Assembly (NCBI RefSeq): GCF_009914755.1
Contig: NC_060926.1
Source: the human T2T-CHM13v2.0 reference genome, Homo sapiens
Length of the DNA: 64,000 bases
Direction: 5' to 3' (one strand)
Shown here: piece after piece, positions 59,178-64,000 of the stretch
How the letters are laid out: each line of letters starts with the position of its first letter
Numbering within the stretch: position 1 is the stretch's first letter
The notes under the pieces: generated by a model
The model's input: the letters and a program-made list of their open reading frames with translations, nothing else
What the model was told of the DNA's origin: nothing
Databases searched by the model: none
Translations under genes and position numbers: made by a program

Positions 59178-59360
59178 GGTGTTTCTCAAAGTGTGGCCCT
59201 GGACTGATAGCATTAGCATCACCTGGAAACTTGTCAGGAAGATGCTTGAGCCCATTTCGGACCTATCGATTCAGAGACTCTGGGATAGAGCCCCACACAT
59301 CGTGTTTCAGCAAGAAGCCTGGGTGATTCTGGTGCATACTAAAGTGTCAGAATCACTGCA
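59178..59360. mobile_element. MER5A inserted in a MIR (about 59110-59450)
   Basis: gtttctcaaagtgtgg...agcatcacctggaaacttgt...ggtgattct...aaagtgtcagaatcactg; the MIR continues on both sides. Confidence 0.8.
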
Positions 59361-60009
59361 TTAGAGAGCTTAAATGATTTGATTTGCCCAGGGTCCCACA
59401 CAGATGGGAAAGGCAGAGCTGGTAACTGAATCCAGGCATCGAATGCCAATATCTCACTTTATTTCACCCCATTTCCTCATGTTGGAGAGTCAGTCACCCT
59501 CCACTCTCTCAAAAGGCCAATCCTGTGCTAGAGCTGAAATTCAACAAGGAAAAAGATGAAGCCACTTCCTAGGAGAGCCTCACAACTTCAGAATGTTAAA
59601 GACTCTTAAAAATCAGTTTACATATAAAGTCCAAATAAGTATATAATCTTCCTGATTAAAATGGAACACATATAATGGTTTTTGCTATGAAAATATAGAG
59701 ATCAGGAAGGACTTTTCACTCATTTCATTCAGAGATTTCTCTAAAATTGTTGTTTATAGATCTTAAAAATGACTTTCTTCTCTTTATCTAATCTGATCCT
59801 GACAATGAGTAGATGTTTAAAAGAGGTAAAGTAATTCATAGTAGGATACATGTATTTCGTGTCTTAATAGCAATTTTCCCTTTCTTGACCTGAGCTGACC
59901 TACAAAATTCTCTAAGAAGAGAACAAAAAGTAAAAAAAAAAAAAAAAAAATACTCTGAAATGACTTTGTTGGAAGTAGCACAGTACATTGGTTAAGAATC
60001 TAGGTTTTG

Positions 60010-60320
60010 GGCCAGGCAGTGGCTCATGCTTGTAATTCCAGCACTTTGGGAGGCCGAGGCGGGCAGATGACCTGAGGTCAGGAGTTCGAGACCAGCCTAG
60101 CCAACATGGTGAAACTTGTCTCTACTAAAATACAAAAATTAGCCGGGCGTTATGGTGAATGCCTGTAATCCCAGCTACTCAGGAGGCTGAGGCAGGAGAA
60201 CTGCTTGAACCTGGGAGGCAGAGGTTGCAGTGAGTGGAGATTGCACCACTGCACTCCACTCCAGCCTGGGTGACAGAGAAAGACTCCGTCTCAAAAAAAA
60301 AAACAAAAAAAAAACAAAAA
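60010..60320 (+). mobile_element. Alu (AluSx-like) inserted in a MIR
   Basis: Full Alu with TSD ctaggttttgg on both sides. Confidence 0.95.
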
Positions 60321-60649
60321 CTAGGTTTTGGAATTAGAATCACCTGGATTTGATCCAATTCTGACAACTTACTATGTCCAATAATTTATTTAGATTTCTT
60401 GTGCCTCAGTTTTACCATCTAAAATGAAGATAAAAACTACACCTACTTCACAGAGTAGTTGCAAGAATTTTATGAACTTAAAAAAAAAAAACTAGGTTCT
60501 GGAATTGGAATCACCTGTATTTGATCCAATTCTGACAACTTACTATGTCCAGTGGTTTATTTAGATTTCTCGTGCCTCAGGTTTACCATCTAAAATGAAG
60601 ATAAAAACTATATCTACTTCATAAAGTAGTTGCAAAAAATTTATGAACT
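60321..60649. repeat. Tandem duplication of a 158-bp MIR segment separated by an A run (period 171 bp)
   Basis: 60321-60478 versus 60492-60649, about 14 substitutions and no indels by manual alignment. Confidence 0.95.
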
Positions 60650-63600
60650 AATACAATGAAGCACTTAGCACAGTTTCAGCACAGAGTAGATGCTTAATAA
60701 ATGCTGGCTTATTGTTATTAGTGTTACTACTATCATTAGCCATGTGAAAATACTACAGCTAAGCTCCAGGTTTGCTATTTGTGCATATAGTTATTCATTC
60801 AACACATTCCTCCCCTTTATGTCATTCCTCAAGATGTTTTGTAGGGCCCCTTTAATTTTCAGTAGGTATTTCTTCTGCCTGTGTTTCATCTCCCCGAGGA
60901 CACAAACCCACACATTCACACACCCACTCATTCTCATGACTCAGGTTGTCACACTCACATCCCAGAGTCTGGGCCTTTTTACCAAAGCTGATTATAAGAG
61001 TGAAGATAACTGCAGAAGATCTTTTCCCTGAAAGTGTCCTTGCCACCAATCATCGCCACCTGTCATTTTTAGTGATTCTTTGGTGTTAAGATGAACTATT
61101 TCCTCACCACATACCCCTTTTTAAACAAAAATGCCACTGAAAATGGGTAACTTACTAAATCATCAGTGTAAATAAATTATCGAATTGAATGAAAGAAAAA
61201 TGTAGATCTTGAGTATGTTGGATTCTTCAGGGAGAGGAAGTAAAAGTTCTCCAGTGGGTGACTGGAGGTGTCAAGAGCAAACCTGTGCATTAGACATTAG
61301 TCTGTAAAAGCTGACAAAGGCCTTTGCCTTTGAAATCAATACAAAGTTGCAGAAGTGTCTTTCTATGCACACATTTTCACCTGAAAAATGTTAGCTCCAT
61401 GATTTACCCAGGATCAGGGTAAAAATACTGAGCGCAAATATCTACAGTCATATACACAGCAGTGTCATATGGGTAACCTCTAACTAGCCTAAGCAAACCA
61501 GATAAATAGAATGATAATAAAAGAGAGAATATATAATTTCACATACATGTACCTCCATGAAACCTTTAAATAGAACCAAATACACAAAGACTCCAAAAAT
61601 TTAAATAAAGATAGTCAGTACCAATCTTTCCACCTACACATATTAACCCACCAACACTGGTCTAATTCATACCATAGAAGTACCCAACCTAGGCAAGTTC
61701 AATGCTAACATTAAGGAGACAAACAATCATGATGGTTAATTTCATGAGAGTCTCTTTTGAGAGTAAGGAGTCTGGGTCCTCATTAAATTAGCTGACTTTA
61801 GATTCCCAAAGTTGCAAAATTAGCATCTCCACCCTCCCAAAGCCATCACCATGTAGCATGGCCAATTACACTCAACAAGCATCAGCATGTTTGGGCTTTA
61901 AAAGCTGCAGTCAGTTGCTGTAGATGAGTTGGGCGTGTTTCCAATGCCTTCCTAAGTATGAAAATAAACATATATGGGAAACATTCAGTGAAGCATCTGA
62001 CAGCCAGTTCAGACTGGCACCTTTATCCCTTTCAGTTTCATCTGTCTCTCCCAGTCAGTCAAATGACTAGGCACCAGTAGTGCTGTGGTGGGGAGGGGGC
62101 TGGTGGTCCTTGCAGAAGTCCAGGTGTTTTGCCTAAACACTGATTATGACAATGTATCCTACGGTGGTAGGCATTCTATCTGCAAAAGCCTGATAACTCT
62201 ATCAGACTCTGCTCGATCAAGCGACTCCAGAGGCCCCCTTTTCATCTTCAGCTTGAGGCAGATCTCAATGGGCTGAAAGAGTATGAGAAACTGAGATAAG
62301 TGCAGGCTACAATTACAGAGATATGTCTGTGCTGCTGCAATTAGAGTTGTGTCAGCGCTTCTATTAACCTTTGCATTGCCAGCATTTTCCCATTTGGAAT
62401 TCCAAGTGAGTAATAGCATTTAAACTAAGAAGAAACACAAGCCACTGCCTGAGTTGCAGACCCGTGAAAGGGGTGAAAATGGACAGCAGCGATAGGACAG
62501 TATCTATTGAGCTGCTAAACAAGCCAAGCAGGGATTGGGAAAGTTTACGAGAGTGGCTCCCACACCACTGTTCTTTTGTACTGTGATGTTGAAACAATTT
62601 CTGGGGATAGGGTGGACTATTACTGTGTCACTGAGAGAAGCTGGGCACTGGTAGGATCTCAATAATTTACTGGGCCTTTCCCTTGCCTGTATTAGATTCC
62701 CTAACCAAATACTCCTTTTAAACAGTTTAGAATAATGATTTTCAGACGACTTTGAAATGAAATATACAGAATTTGTGATTATCCAATGAGTTTAATAACT
62801 CTTTGTATTTATGCCCATTATGGCATTCAAGCCTCACAATAATCTGTATGATGCATGGAATATGTGTTGTTATGTCCCATTGACAGAGATTGAAGATAAA
62901 AAGCAGAGAAGCTAGGTAAATTGCCCAGAATCACACAGCACGTTAATTGCAGGACCAACACAAACCCAAGCCTATTAATTAATATCTGGAATAGATTACA
63001 TTAGTTTTCACCACTAAGGAATAGAAAACTAAAGTATCTTTTCTTCTCTATACCACAAACCAGCCGTCAGTTGCTTCATCAAAAAAAAAAGAAAAGAAAA
63101 GCTCTGGTTTTGAGAAAAGTTTATCATAATCTCCACTGAGAAGTATTTATCAATTGTATTATACATAACACAGTTTTTTTTACTACCCTCCTCAAGCACC
63201 TAAAATCTTTTTCACTAAAATTATTGTTCACCCCTTTGTTATTCAGCTCTTAAACTCTATTAAAACTGAAAACAAGACAATGATCTTCTCCTAGAAACCA
63301 GATTCTGTCTCTCCTCCATATTTGATTTGCTTCAAGTATCCAAGCATAAAATTAAAATGAATGATACAGCCACTGTCTTTTTACTTACCCCCATCTGATT
63401 CTCTTGCCCCAAAAGCTTAGTCTTAGGAATGTAGAAATGGAACAAATTTGAGTTTGGTTGATTATTATTTTTTTATTAATAGGATTAAATATTAATTATG
63501 TTAAACTTTGTTTATAAATCTGGTTTGGAATGCTGTTTTCCCGTCAAAACTTAAGGGCAATTTCAAGTTTATCTGGCCCAGTGATCTGACTGACATTTCA

Positions 63601-63689
63601 GCTGTATGTCAAACCAGTTTGGATTGTACAGGCCTGAGTTGATTATCAAGAAATCTAAGGCTAAATTTCAAATAGCTTTGGGCTAACTG

Positions 63690-63828
63690 AGTGATTCCCA
63701 AACTTGCTAAAATAAAAATAACCTGGAGCTATTGTTAAAAACATAGATTCCCAGACTTTTCTGGAATCTACAGTTTTAAGATGTGCCCCAGGTGACTACT
63801 TCTCTCAGCTACATTTGGGAAACATTGT
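63690..63828. mobile_element. MER5-like hAT element
   Basis: Inverted termini gtgattcccaaac...tttgggaaacattg; internal cccaggtgact. Confidence 0.6.
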
Positions 63829-64000
63829 GCTAAATGTTCATTTTAAGTGGAAACCAAAAATAAAGCAGGGATTTTTATTGACTTTTTAAAAGATCTTAGA
63901 AGCTCCTCTTAAATCAAGAAATTCAAATTAATGTTTGTCAAGAAAACTTGGGAAAATAAAGACATTATCAAACATGGTCATCGCCTACTATACACATATT

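Noticed and set aside
60937-60943. AP-1 site TGACTCA
   Set aside because: Several such heptamers are expected by chance in 64 kb, and there is no independent support.

Overview
AT-rich, repeat-dense primate (human-like; AluJ/S/Y present) genomic DNA, intronic or intergenic in character, with no intact protein-coding gene I can recognise. Most of the window is transposable element sequence: three long old L1 copies (6.6-12.2 kb +, 23.2-30.8 kb +, 32.9-42.5 kb -), older L1MC/ME fragments, eight Alus, two ERVK-class solo LTRs with 6-bp TSDs (LTR3-like, MER11), THE1/MST/MLT1 LTRs, Tigger/MER DNA transposons and MIR/L2 relics. The clearest gene-derived feature is a processed RNF14 pseudogene (38375-41178, - strand) with a perfect 18-bp TSD, which appears to have been copied from an exon-skipped RNF14 mRNA. 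Other notable structures are an inverted duplication inside a TA-rich tract, a 171-bp-period tandem duplication anchored on an Alu tail, a small template-switch palindrome, and a speculative chain of frame-compatible minus-strand candidate exons at 2.4-3.6 kb. I found no convincing evidence of a new biological system. Repeat subfamily names come from recalled consensus sequences and need RepeatMasker/Dfam confirmation.
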